From NCBI RefSeq assembly GCF_009914755.1, contig NC_060947.1: a DNA stretch of 64,000 nt; one strand, given 5' to 3'. The notes below the pieces were generated by a model. The model was not told where the DNA came from. It was given only the letters and a program-made list of their open reading frames with translations, and did not search any database. The stretch is from the human T2T-CHM13v2.0 reference genome, Homo sapiens. The first letter of the stretch is position 1, and each line of letters starts with the position of its first letter. Below are positions 27,666 through 39,252 of this stretch, in pieces. Made by a program: the position numbers and the translations under genes.

Positions 27666-28231
27666 CCTGTGTGCCAGCACCCTGACGGTGTCCTCGGGGA
27701 GCAGCCGCGGGTCCCTAGCCTCCAGCCGTGGGTCTCTGGCCTCCAGCCGGGGCTCCCTGAGCTCGGTCAGCTTCACGGACATCTACGGCCTCCCGCAGTA
27801 CGAGAAGCCCGACGCTGAGGGCAGCCAGCTTCTACGCTTCGACCTCATTCCCTTCGACTCTCTGGGGCGAGATGCTCCCTTTTCAGAGCCCCCAGGCCCC
27901 TCGGGCTTCCACAAGCAGAGGCGGTCCCTGGACACGCCCCAGTCCCTGGCATCGCTGTCCTCCCGCTCCTCGCTGTCCTCGCTGTCGCCCCCAAGCTCGC
28001 CCCTGGACACGCCCTTCCTCCCTGCCTCACGGGACTCGCCGCTGGCGCAGCTGGCGGACAGCTGTGAGGGGCCAGGCCTGGGCGCCCTAGACAGACTGCG
28101 GGCACACGCCTCGGCTATGGGGGACGAAGACTTACCAGGCATGGCGGCCCTTCAGCCACACGGGGTCCCCGGGGACGGGGAAGGGCCGCACGAGCGAGGA
28201 CCCCCACCAGCCAGCGCTCCCGTGGGTGGAA
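27666..28231 (+). CDS. WWC3: WWC3 large Ser-rich coding exon: LCASTLTVSSGSSRGSLASSRGSL...SLSSRSSLSSLSPPSSPLD...APVGG
   Basis: catttcag|C ... GGAA|gtaagt; 566 nt, inside ORF 27622..28479; CpG-rich. Confidence 0.95.
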
Positions 28232-29103
28232 GTAAGTGCGGATGTGGCCTCCTGCGGGGCGAGGGTTACCTGCAGGGCGGAAACTGTGGGGTCCAGAGTG
28301 AGGATGGCTGGCTTTCCAGGTCCATGGTGAGCTTTACGTTTAGGAATATTGATGTGATCGGGAAGAGCACACACCTGCTCTTTCTGATCTGTGTTGGGGA
28401 AAGATCATTGAAATTGACAAAGTTGTCTTTCCTAGGTATTTGGCTTGTTTTCAAAAAATACTTAATTGTTGAAAACTAGGGTAAGAACTACACAGGCTTC
28501 CACATTCAGAGGCTGCTGGAGATGGATTAGGGCCTTCATGACCTTTGCAGCGTGCGTGCCGAGATGGAACCGTCAGTGTGTGCCCGCCTGAGACCATTAT
28601 GCCAACAGGTGTCTGGTTGTAGCTAGTGGAAATCTTGACTTCTTTTGTTGCTTTGACATCTCTTTATCTTTTATAGTTTTCATAGTTTCCAAGAACATAG
28701 GTCTATCAAATGTGGAAGTGAAAATAATTGTGTAATTTCAAAAGACATGCCTGTAAGTATCGGTCATTTCTACTGATTTGGTTTCTCTGGTGATTCTTCA
28801 AATGGAAAAACACGGAGCTCCGTGGAGCCTCATCCATTCAGTTGGTGTTGGTTCAGCTCCTCCTCGGAGCTGGGGTCTTTCAGCTTGTAGCCTGCTTGGA
28901 AGACCAAACTGCTATTGAAGGGAATATTGACCCCATGTGCTTTTCTCAGCCACCCATGGCAACTTTATCTTCCTTTGGTTTTAAAGAGGATCAAGAACAA
29001 GGTCTCCCGTTCCTGAAGTTCAGCCCATTTAATTGACTTTTATTTGCACGGCAAAAATGTTTTAAATGTTCCATTTAGGCAAACACTAGATAATTTGTGC
29101 AGC

Positions 29104-29290
29104 ATAGTGGATCTCAGCCAGGGGTGTTTTTGCGTCCTGCCCCTGGGGAACACTTGGCAATGTCTGGAAACATTTTTGGTTGTCACAACTAGGGGATGGG
29201 AGATGCTCCTGGCATGCACAGGGCAGCACCCCCTCCCCCTCGAGAATGGTCCAGCCCCAAATGTCAAGAGGGCTGAGGCTGAGAAACCCT
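29104..29290. mobile_element. MER20 hAT relic
   Basis: ttggcaatgtctggaaacatttttggttgtcacaact...gccccaaatgtcaa...ggctgagaaaccct. Confidence 0.75.
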
Positions 29291-30083
29291 AGTCACGTAC
29301 TATGGAGTATTTATGCGGCAAGGGGTAGAAATAAAACTAGAGAGCAGAACCAGTGTGGTGTAGTGGAAACAGCTTCAAACTAGCAGCTGGGAGACCAGGC
29401 TTTTGTTCCCTGCCCTGTCCACTTCTAGCTGTGTGACCTTGAACACATACCTGGACTGAGTCTCACCTTTTCCACCCTTGAATGCAGTGATCTTTGTGAC
29501 CCCTTCCATTTGCCACCATTCTGTTACCCAAGAGATAGATGGATTGGTAGATCAATAGATAGGTTGATCACTCTATAAAATAGTAGTCTGTTGGCACTTA
29601 TGTGCGTAACCAGAGGCCATCATGTTCTGAGACTGCCCCAGGGCTTTTTGGCATCTCTATTTTGGTGTCTGCCCCTGTGTTTGCAAACACACTTTGGTAT
29701 CCCCAGATACATTGTTTCTGAAGTCCATATATGCAGGTATCCTTCATTAGCTTTGTTCCTCTTTATAACCACAGGTTGATTGCTCCATGTTTATTCCGTT
29801 CAGTCAGAAAAGAAATATCCAATTAGGACTTCTTTCTTAGTCTCCCTCCTCTCTCCCACCACCTTCTCCTTAAGGGATTGAGATTCCAGAATGTCAGTCT
29901 AGTTAGGCATAAAATCTGCACAAGGCCCAAGGGCCACTTTGGGTCAGAGGAGAGACAGAGTGGGAGGGAGAAGCGCTGACTTAATTTCACATCCTGGTTT
30001 CTTTATTTTTTCCTTTGCTTTCCGTGGCAGATGCTATAATGGTTGAAACTTCTTGGACTGGGAAGTATTTGCTTACGTGTGTA

Positions 30084-30360
30084 GACACTGCCATCTCGTG
30101 GTGGAGCCATATGTCATTCGTGATTATTTCTTGTATTACACTGCCATCTTGTGGCGGATTCGTATATGACATTGGTGATGAATTCTTGTATGGCACTGCC
30201 ATCTGGTGGCGGATTCTTATATGACACCGCCAATAAATTCCTGAGTGACACTGCCATCTGGTGGTAGATTCTTATATGACATCGGTGGTGGATTCTTGCG
30301 TGACACTGCCGCCTAGCGGTAGCTTTTTATGATACTGCCATCTGGTGATGGTTTTATATG
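30084..30360 (-). promoter_or_regulatory. Tandem repeat (~55-bp period) with six co-oriented CTCF-like motifs
   Basis: CTGCCATCTnGTGG-like cores at 30088, 30141, 30196, 30251, 30306, 30335; the reverse complement CCACCAGATGGCAG matches the CTCF core CCASYAGRKGGCRS. Confidence 0.7.
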
Positions 30361-33161
30361 TTACATATATTACATTGTTTCAAGGACACATATGTATTAT
30401 GTTGTTCTAAGGACACGTTTATTTGTATCCTTAGAAACTTGAAATAGTTGACCCTGCTGGGTGTCCCCAGAGGGCCGGGTTGGGTAGCCAGCTTCAGGCA
30501 TGGACACAGGGGGGGCTCCTCGCCTCCCCTGCCCCATCATGTATCAGCTGTGCTGGGAACACTGCAGTCTAAGTTTGGCCCCCAGCAAGTCTTAGTAAGA
30601 CAAAATTTTTGTAAGATAAAAATCAAAGTTGTCCAAACTTGCAAACCAGCCTCTGAATGATTTTTTCCTTGTGTTTTCAATCAATCGGAGGAAACAGAAG
30701 GCAGGTCAGAGGAGTGGGGCAATACACTGTGATTTTTCATACTATTTACGTTTTTGTTACAGTTTTGTCTTCCCTGGATTTTAAAAGTCAAATGTGTTAT
30801 GATTATGAAATACTTAGCTATTTTCATCTACCCATTAGTATTTGCTAATCAAAACCTGTAAAAATCTTGACTTTGCTCATATTGATGTTTTTATGATATT
30901 GATATTCTGTTTAATGTTGTTGGCTTAAATTCTGCAGTGTTTTCACTTTGTGCTTTTTTTTTTTTTTTATCTCCTCATGCGGCTCGACAGAAGTGCTCAC
31001 TGTAAGTGGCCTTGGGAGTCCCCTTGCTCAGCGTTGTTGCTCAGGCCCCAGGCATACGTTTGTGCTGTGGATGGATGTGTTCAGGATGGCTGGGGTGTGG
31101 CCAACGACGGTTATCTTATAGCTGTGCTTCAACACAAGTTGGCAATTGGCCTTATTGTTATCTCATTGTTAATATTCAAGCTGTTTAAGAACTTTCCTAG
31201 AAGCTTTCACTGTTCATTCCCTGTATGTGTTTGTTTCTGGAATGTAATGGCGTTCGTTGCTGTCATATGCCACCTGGCAGCTCTGCTATGCTGTGGTTTT
31301 GACTGTATTTTCTTCCTTTTTACCAAGCACTGTTCACGTCCTTGGCTCTTAGTGTCTGTCTGTCTTGAATGATGAAAAGGGAGTAAAGAGATTTTCACAT
31401 GAACATGGGGAAGATTTGACCCTTGTCTCCCTGGCACTGCTCCTGAGGGTCCACCTCTGTGCCTTGAAGCCCCAGGGCAGGTGTCCGGGGTGTGGAGCGT
31501 GGAGTCTGTGCTTTTTCTCAGCCGGGGCAGTTGCCGACAGGACTTCCTCCTGGCAGTTCCTACTTCCACCCACCCTGTGGGTCCAGTGACTCAGCCTGGG
31601 CTTCGAGGATTAGCTCCTTCATTTCTTTCCTCTCTGTATTGACTTCTATGGCAATGATGAGAGAGAAACGTGGCCAGACTTGCGCCTTGGGCTGGGTTGG
31701 TTGCAGGTGCTTAGGCTCATTACCTGGTGCTGTTTCCCTGCAGGCATCTACAGCTGAGTCTGGGGACCACGCGTGTCAAGGCTGGGAATGCAAATGGTAG
31801 TGGTGGTTTCCTTTGCTGGGGGTTGATGCAGTGGTTGGGGGGGCTTCCATTTGCAGTTGAGGGCCAGGTGTTTGGGTCCTTCCATGTGGCAGGGATAAAG
31901 AGGAGAGCTGGCATCTGGAGTCATGATCTGTCTGAGAGGCAGTGCCTCCGGCCACCGTAGGATGGAGGCCAGCTTCCAGCCCTGGCTGATGGGGGAGAAG
32001 CAGCGAATTCTCCAGATGTGGTATGGCAGACCTTTGGAAGATTCACTCGGCCTCCACTTAACCTTGTGAGACCAAAGGCCACAGCCCCATGTGTTCTGCG
32101 TGCTGTTGAACATGTTTGTATTTCATTGGCGTGGATGATAATTTGGTTGAAAGGAGAGATGGTCACCAGTGGACTCAGTTTAGGAAGGCACAAAGGTCAA
32201 CCCTTTCCGTTTCTAGAACTTAGCCAAAGAAAAGTGCGGAGATGGAAGCGGGAGCTGGCTTTGAGTGACGGTGGAGTGCCCAGCTGGGGCTTCCAATTTG
32301 ATTCCGTGTTCCAGCCGAGTGTGCCCCTCCACAAAACAGACTCCTGGGCTCACAGTTGCATTTAGCGCGGGAAGATGATATACATGTTTGTATTGGTTTT
32401 GTTAAAAGGAACTTATTGCTATGAGGAAATGGGTAGAAACGGCTGATGAAATGTTAAAAGGAAACATTTCAATGGCTATTTTTGGCTCTTGAATAAAATA
32501 GATGTGAAAGATAAAAATAAGCATAGCAGGAATAGCAGCGTGCTAACCCAGAAGGGCGGCTGGAAGGCTCCTGCCTGCGGTCACTGAGACAGCCACGCTT
32601 GAGCCCCAGCTTCCTCCCCCGGGGCCGCAGGCCTCCCAGGTGGTGTTTTCAGAGAATGAGTGTGGGTTCAACTGTGTCCTCTGCTTTGAAGGTTGCTAAT
32701 TTTTCTAGGGTTTATTTGGATAATTAAAATGTTTTTTTCCTGAGTATAAAAGCAGTATTTGTTGTATAAAACATGGGAAATACCCGACAGCATAAAGAAG
32801 GCAGTGAAAACCATGACCTCTTGGCGAGCGCCGCTGCTGTTCCCATCGGGCTAATGCTGCTTTCCTGTCTCGTTTGTGTGCGCGGCTTTCAGAAAGTGCC
32901 ATTTGAGGGGCTTCTCATCGTCATCTTATGTTCTGTGTGTTCATTAAGGGGGTGGAAATAGATTTATGAATCCAAGAGGTAGCAGAAGTTCATTTCTTCA
33001 ATTTTCCCATATGAAAAACAACTAGAGCACAGCATGTCTCCGTGTGTGTGTGTCCCAGCGAGTCTCTGGAACACTCATTGACGAAGTGTGTGCTCCAGCG
33101 TCAAGGACCCCGGTCCCCGGTGCTGTTATTTCCTGACCCTGTGTGTGTCCCTTACTTACAG

Positions 33162-33282
33162 CAGTGACTCTTCGAGAAGACAGTGCCAAGAGGTTGGAGA
33201 GGAGGGCACGCCGCATCTCCGCATGTCTGTCGGATTATTCGCTAGCCAGCGACAGTGGGGTGTTTGAACCTCTAACCAAAAG
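33162..33282 (+). CDS. WWC3: WWC3 coding exon: (T)VTLREDSAKRLERRARRISACLSDYSLASDSGVFEPLTK(R)
   Basis: cttacag|CAG (tandem acceptor) ... AG|gtctga; 121 nt, phase 1/2; conserved SD.S.A.DSGVFE motif. Confidence 0.92.
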
Positions 33283-33748
33283 GTCTGAAGCTAGTCTTAC
33301 TATTTCCTTCTCCCTACGCAGAATCACCTGTGTTACTGGCAATCACAAAAAGATTCCGTACTGAAACTTTCATACATTGACACTTTGTTTATTTTTCCAG
33401 GGGTAGGATATTTTTCTAGCTTCTTTCACCTTTGGGTGATTGGGTTTTAGAAAGAAGTCTTTCTCCCTGGCCCTGGGGGCCTAAGGCTTGAGTCTGATGG
33501 AGCTCAAAAAGGAGAATCAATGTATGGGAGAGCCCTGCTTTTCTGGAAAGGACATTCATTCATTAGAAATGAATTTCTTCCCTCCCTCCCTTCCTTGTTT
33601 TCGTAGCTATAGGAATGGTTTCACAATGACACAGCGCCTTTTGGAATTCCATGCTTTATTTTGATCGGGCATCTTTGATGTCATTATTTCTTTGTACAAT
33701 TTAAGTCTCCGGTATCTAGAAGACAGTTCACTTAAAGTTAATTTTTGA

Positions 33749-34688
<940 letters not shown>

Positions 34689-34807
34689 TCATTGACTTAA
34701 CGTCACAACTTAACAAAGCCCTCTCTCAGCACGAGGGAGCTCCTGCAGAATCTGTAGCGACCGGTTCCCTCAGGAATGAAGTTGGTTGCATTTACCCCTC
34801 TGTTCAG

Positions 34808-34882
34808 GAACGAAGATGCCGAGGAGCCTGCCTACGGAGACACGGCCAGTAACGGAGATCCCCAGATCCACGTGGGACTCCT
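34808..34882 (+). CDS. WWC3: WWC3 coding exon: NEDAEEPAYGDTASNGDPQIHVGL(L), start of C2 domain
   Basis: ctgttcag|G ... CT|gtgagt; 75 nt, phase 2/2. Confidence 0.9.
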
Positions 34883-35566
34883 GTGAGTACAGACCCTACC
34901 CTGTTTCCCCTGGGGCTGGGCTGGAGACTGGGCCCAACCCGTGGCTCCCACCTGCACACACAGGGCTGGAGGGACCCTTGTTACCCGAGGTCTGAGGTGA
35001 GGGGACAGAGGTGGCAGGAAGGAGTGACAGGGAAAAGTGGCTCCACTGTTGTCTTCCAACATGGAGATTCACAGCTGAGAGCCGCCACTTCCTGGAGCTG
35101 GGGGCTCCGGCAGGCAAAGTGTGGCTCTCGGGGACAGTTGCGCCCGTGTCTGCCAGGAGTTGGTTCTGCTCACTGCAGCACAGGTAGCGGACTCCCTCCC
35201 TCACCGTCAAGGAAGTAATCCGCTGGTTGGCAGGACAACAATTTTTGGTTTCTAATTACAGTGTCAATAAGGGCAGTGACTGTGAGGTGCCCCTGAGGAA
35301 AACAGGGTGTTTGGGTCCCAGCCATTTCCTTTGCTCACTCTCGTCACTTCAGTCCAGGGCTCCTCCACCTGGCATGGTTGGCATTTGGTCATTCTTTGTT
35401 ACGGGGACTGTGCTGTACCTGGGCTTTACCCACTAGGTGCAGATGTCTCCTGCAGATAGGGTGGGGCAGAATCCCAGGCAGTGGATGGCCACTGCTGCAG
35501 TTGAGTCAGAAGGATGGTTTTACTTGGGGGGCACCTGCCGTCCATGACTCGTGTCTGGTTTCCTAG

Positions 35567-35653
35567 GCGCGACAGTGGCAGCGAGTGTCTCCTCGTGCAC
35601 GTGCTGCAGCTGAAGAACCCGGCGGGGCTGGCGGTGAAGGAAGACTGCAAAGT
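35567..35653 (+). CDS. WWC3: WWC3 C2-domain exon: RDSGSECLLVHVLQLKNPAGLAVKEDCK(V)
   Basis: ggtttcctag|G ... GT|gtaagc; 87 nt, phase 2/2. Confidence 0.9.
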
Positions 35654-36656
35654 GTAAGCCAGGCCCCAGGGCAGTGGCCAGCCAGCCACATGGCTGAGGA
35701 GGGAAAAGACAGTTTGGGAGCCTGAATTTCCAGGAAAGCACCAGGGAGTGTGTGTCTGAAGTGTAAAGTCTTCAAAAGAGTCTAGTGAATGATTTGAGGC
35801 CGGTGAAGGTGCCGGTGCTGGTGGCAAGCTAGTGTGTGCCGTGTTGGCGTGGAGGAAGCACTTGCCTGTGCCGTACAGGACTGCATCCTCCTGGCCCGGG
35901 GATGGGGTTGCTGATGTCGTCGTGCTCTGCTCTGTGATCTTGAGAGACCTCTGGCTGGGACCAGGGCGTCCTTGACTGAGTGGGGAGGAGGAAATAGGCA
36001 TTGGGAGCAGCTGGTGACTTTGGCCTCGATCGTGGGAGCGCTGCCTCTCTGAGCTCCGTGGCCCCAGATGGGGGCCTGATGGAGGGTCCCACTTACCCAA
36101 GCAGGTGACCATGCCTGTAATGGTCTGTTCAAGTCACAGGGTGGGGCCCCTTTGGTGAGTCTTCTAAAGGCCTCAGGATCCCTGAGTGTGAGCAGCTGGG
36201 GGCTCGGCTGGGGTTCGGCCACCCCAATGACCTCTGCAGTGCTCACAGATGGCTCAGCCCCTCCCATATGCCAGACTTGGGGCAGGGAGGGTGGGAAATA
36301 CGGGCTACCCCATGGGTGATGGGCAGAGAAAGCAGTGGGGGAGCCATGCAGAAAAACCAGAGGGGCGATTCCCAAAAAGGTGGGGAGCAGCAGGGCCTGG
36401 AAGCGTCCGCTGCTTCAGTCCTGGCTTGGAAGTCATCCTCCTTGTGAGTGACTTCCCCCATCCCTGGGGTACATAGTTCTATGCTTAGTTGAGAAAGGAA
36501 CTTTTTGCAAAGGACTCTGAGACTGTAGCCACAGCTGCCCAAAGGGGGCTGCACGTGGGGGGTCTGTGCGCATTGTGTAGGTCGCGCCTGCTCTGGGACT
36601 GCGCCATCTGTGAGCGCCGCCTGCACGCGCTCTTCCCTCCCCCGTTCTGTTTGCAG

Positions 36657-36849
36657 CCACATCCGAGTCTATTTGCCCCCACTGGACTCGGGCACGCCCA
36701 ACACTTACTGCTCCAAGGCTCTGGAGTTCCAAGTGCCGCTGGTGTTTAACGAAGTGTTCAGAATCCCCGTGCATTCCAGCGCGTTGACACTGAAGTCACT
36801 TCAGTTATACGTGTGTTCAGTGACTCCGCAGCTGCAGGAAGAACTGCTG
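36657..36849 (+). CDS. WWC3: WWC3 C2-domain exon: HIRVYLPPLDSG...VFNEVFRIPV...KSLQLYVCSVTPQLQEELL
   Basis: tgtttgcag|C ... CTG|gtatgg; 193 nt; FNEVF C2 signature. Confidence 0.94.
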
Positions 36850-37255
36850 GTATGGCGCCAGGCTCCGCCCGCCCCGTCCTCCTTCCTTCCTTCGTGTTTC
36901 AGTCAGCCGGTCTTTTTTTTGTGTGTATCTTTCTTTTCCTTCTTTCTCTTGTACTCTTTTGTGATGCTTTCTTAGGTTTCGTATGTCTTTGCCTTTTGGC
37001 CTCCCTCTCTCTCTTCTGCCTCCATCTCTAGTTCCCTCCCTCCTTTCCCCTCTGCCATCCTCCCTTTCTCCCGTGGTGGGTTGCTTGGAAGTTGTGATCT
37101 TCTTCAGTGTTTCTGTGGCTGGAAATACAAACAGGGATGATCCAACCAGTGATGTTGTCAAGCACCTTGTCCTCTAAATGTGTCCTCTCAACTAGTACTC
37201 ACGACCCTGTGGGATGCCTTTGCGTCAGCCCCATCTTCAGTCCAGGGAACAAAGT

Positions 37256-37440
37256 AGGGTTGACAGATTTAGCAAATAGAAATACAAGACAGTCAGCTAA
37301 ATTCGAATTTCAAATAAATTATGGATGCTCTTTAAAGTGTAAGTATTTCCCATGCGGTGTTTAAGACTCACAGGGAAACCCTGTGTTGTTTATTTGAAGT
37401 GCAGATTCACCTGGGCGCCCTGCACGTTACCTGGCAACCC
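37256..37440. mobile_element. MER53-like hAT MITE
   Basis: Terminal inverted repeats tagggttgacaga / ctggcaaccc; internal aaattcgaatttcaaataaa. Confidence 0.65.
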
Positions 37441-37851
37441 CGGGGCGAGGCCTCAGGAGAATCCGCAGTTTGTCCTCAGTATCCCAGCCATCCAAGGCCC
37501 ATGCCAGGGTTGGAAGCCAGGGTGGATTCCTTCCATGGCCAGAGTGTTCTGTCTTGGTTCTGTCCCCTCAGCGGCACAATTAGGGCATGTAGAGTTCAGC
37601 AGTCGTTTCTTATTTCAGAAATTCCTGAGCGAATCTGCCTCATCACTGCAGTAGAGCTGTGAGCCTGGCCCAGCACTCCAGGTTGCCCATTCTTTTGCCC
37701 TTTCTGATCCCTTCCCAGCACTTTCTGATTGGGCGGAACAGGCGACCAGGGAGCCACCCATTACACTCCTCTGCAGTTGCTTTCATTGTGCTGCAGTCCT
37801 TTAAGTAGGAATGAAATCTTTTATGTCTTGTTTGGTTAAGATTGAAGGGTA

Positions 37852-38176
37852 GCCTGGGCACAGTGGCTCATGCCTGTAATCCCAGCACTTTGGGAGGCCA
37901 AGGCGGGTGGATCACCTGAGCTCAGGAGTTTGAGACCAGCCTGGCCAACATAGCGAAACCCCATCTCTACTAAAAATACAAAAATTAGCCGGGTGTGGTG
38001 GCGCACACTTGTAATCCCAGCTACTCGGGAGGCTGAGGCGAGGGAATCTCTCGAACTAGGGAGGGAGGTGGAGGTTGCAGTGAGCTGAGATCGCACCACT
38101 GCACTCCAGCCTGGGCAACGGAGCAACACTCCATCACACACACACGCACACACGCACACACACACGCACACACACA
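37852..38176 (+). mobile_element. Alu (S-like) whose tail is a (CA)n/(CACG) microsatellite
   Basis: TSD aagattgaagggt at 37838-37850 and 38177-38189. Confidence 0.9.
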
Positions 38177-38197
38177 AAGATTGAAGGGTGAACTGGA

Positions 38198-38448
38198 TTT
38201 TTTTGAGACAGGGTCTCACTCTGTTGCCCAGGCTGGAATGCAGTGGTATGATTTTGGCTCACCACAGCCTTCTGAGTAGCTGGGACCACAGTTGTACATC
38301 ATCATGCCCGGCTGATTTTTAACTTTTTTGTAGAGGCAGAGTCTTGCTCTGTTTGCCCAGGCTGGTCTCGAACTCCTGGGCTCAAGCAATCCTCCCACCT
38401 CGGCCTCCCAAAATCCTGGGATTACAGGCATGAGCCACCTGCCCTGCC
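38198..38448 (-). mobile_element. Alu (J-like), internal deletion
   Basis: TSD tgaactggat at 38189-38198 and 38449-38458. Confidence 0.88.
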
Positions 38449-38531
38449 TGAACTGGATATTTTAAAGGACTCTAGTCATCACGGCGAAATCATTCAGTGC
38501 CTGTTCTGGCATTTCTTTAATACCCCTGCAG

Positions 38532-38705
38532 GGCATTGCTCAGATTAACCTGGCTGACTATGACAGTTTGAGTGAGATGCAGCTGCGCTGGCATTCCGTG
38601 CAGGTGTTCACCAGCTCTGAACCATCAAGGACGCGGGAGGCTGGGTGTGCAGGAGAGAGCTCCGCCCGGGACCCTGCACACACCATCTCCATCTCCGGCA
38701 AGACG
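38532..38705 (+). CDS. WWC3: WWC3 exon, end of C2 domain: [26 protein letters not shown]...ISGKT
   Basis: cccctgcag|GGC ... ACG|gtactt; 174 nt, phase 0/0. Confidence 0.92.
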
Positions 38706-39100
38706 GTACTTGGCCCTGCTCTAAGGAGCTGATCACTGCTGCCTTCGTGACCCTGAGACTGGCTTTGTCTTGGGGAAGTCATTTCTTAGAAGTGTCTTTG
38801 TAGACGTAAGTCAGTATAGTGGGGTAAAGGAGTAGAGTTTCCATATGGCCATTGCATGCGAATGTTTTTTTAATGCAAATGTGTTCATGGTCATGGGTGG
38901 TACACTGGCTAGTTTTAAATACGAGCCCTCAGAGCTGCAGGAGAAGGCCACATGAATGCCTCCACCACAGACCTAGGTAGGGTGAGTTTCTTCTCACGGA
39001 AGGGCAGCAGAGTGGCCTCCTACCTGTGCCATGTGGACACCTGCCGTGTGCGCAGGGTCTGCTGGCCTGAGCTGTCCTCACGCACCCCCTCTTCCTGCAG

Positions 39101-39252
39101 GATGCGGTGACGGTGCTCCTGGCCAGAACCACGGCACAGCTGCAGGCGGTGGAGAGGGAACTGGCCGAGGAGCGGGCCAAGCTGGAGTACACGGAGGAGG
39201 AGGTCCTGGAGATGGAGCGCAAGGAGGAGCAGGCCGAGGCCATATCCGAGCG
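39101..39252 (+). CDS. WWC3: WWC3 exon: DAVTVLLARTTAQLQAVERELAEERAKLEYTEEEVLEMERKEEQAEAISE(R)
   Basis: cttcctgcag|GAT ... CG|gtaagg; 152 nt; Glu-rich helical segment. Confidence 0.93.

Noticed and set aside
30084-30360. CRISPR-like repeat-spacer appearance
   Set aside because: Spacers are homologous to each other and to the repeat, the context is mammalian, and there are no cas genes.
31961-32365. Open frame (115-aa ORF) in the unique part of the intron as an extra coding exon
   Set aside because: No convincing pyrimidine tract or donor in a compatible phase and no recognisable homology.
35426-36375. 228-aa and 197-aa minus-strand ORFs
   Set aside because: GC-rich, stop-poor sequence antisense to exons and introns; no domain or splice support.
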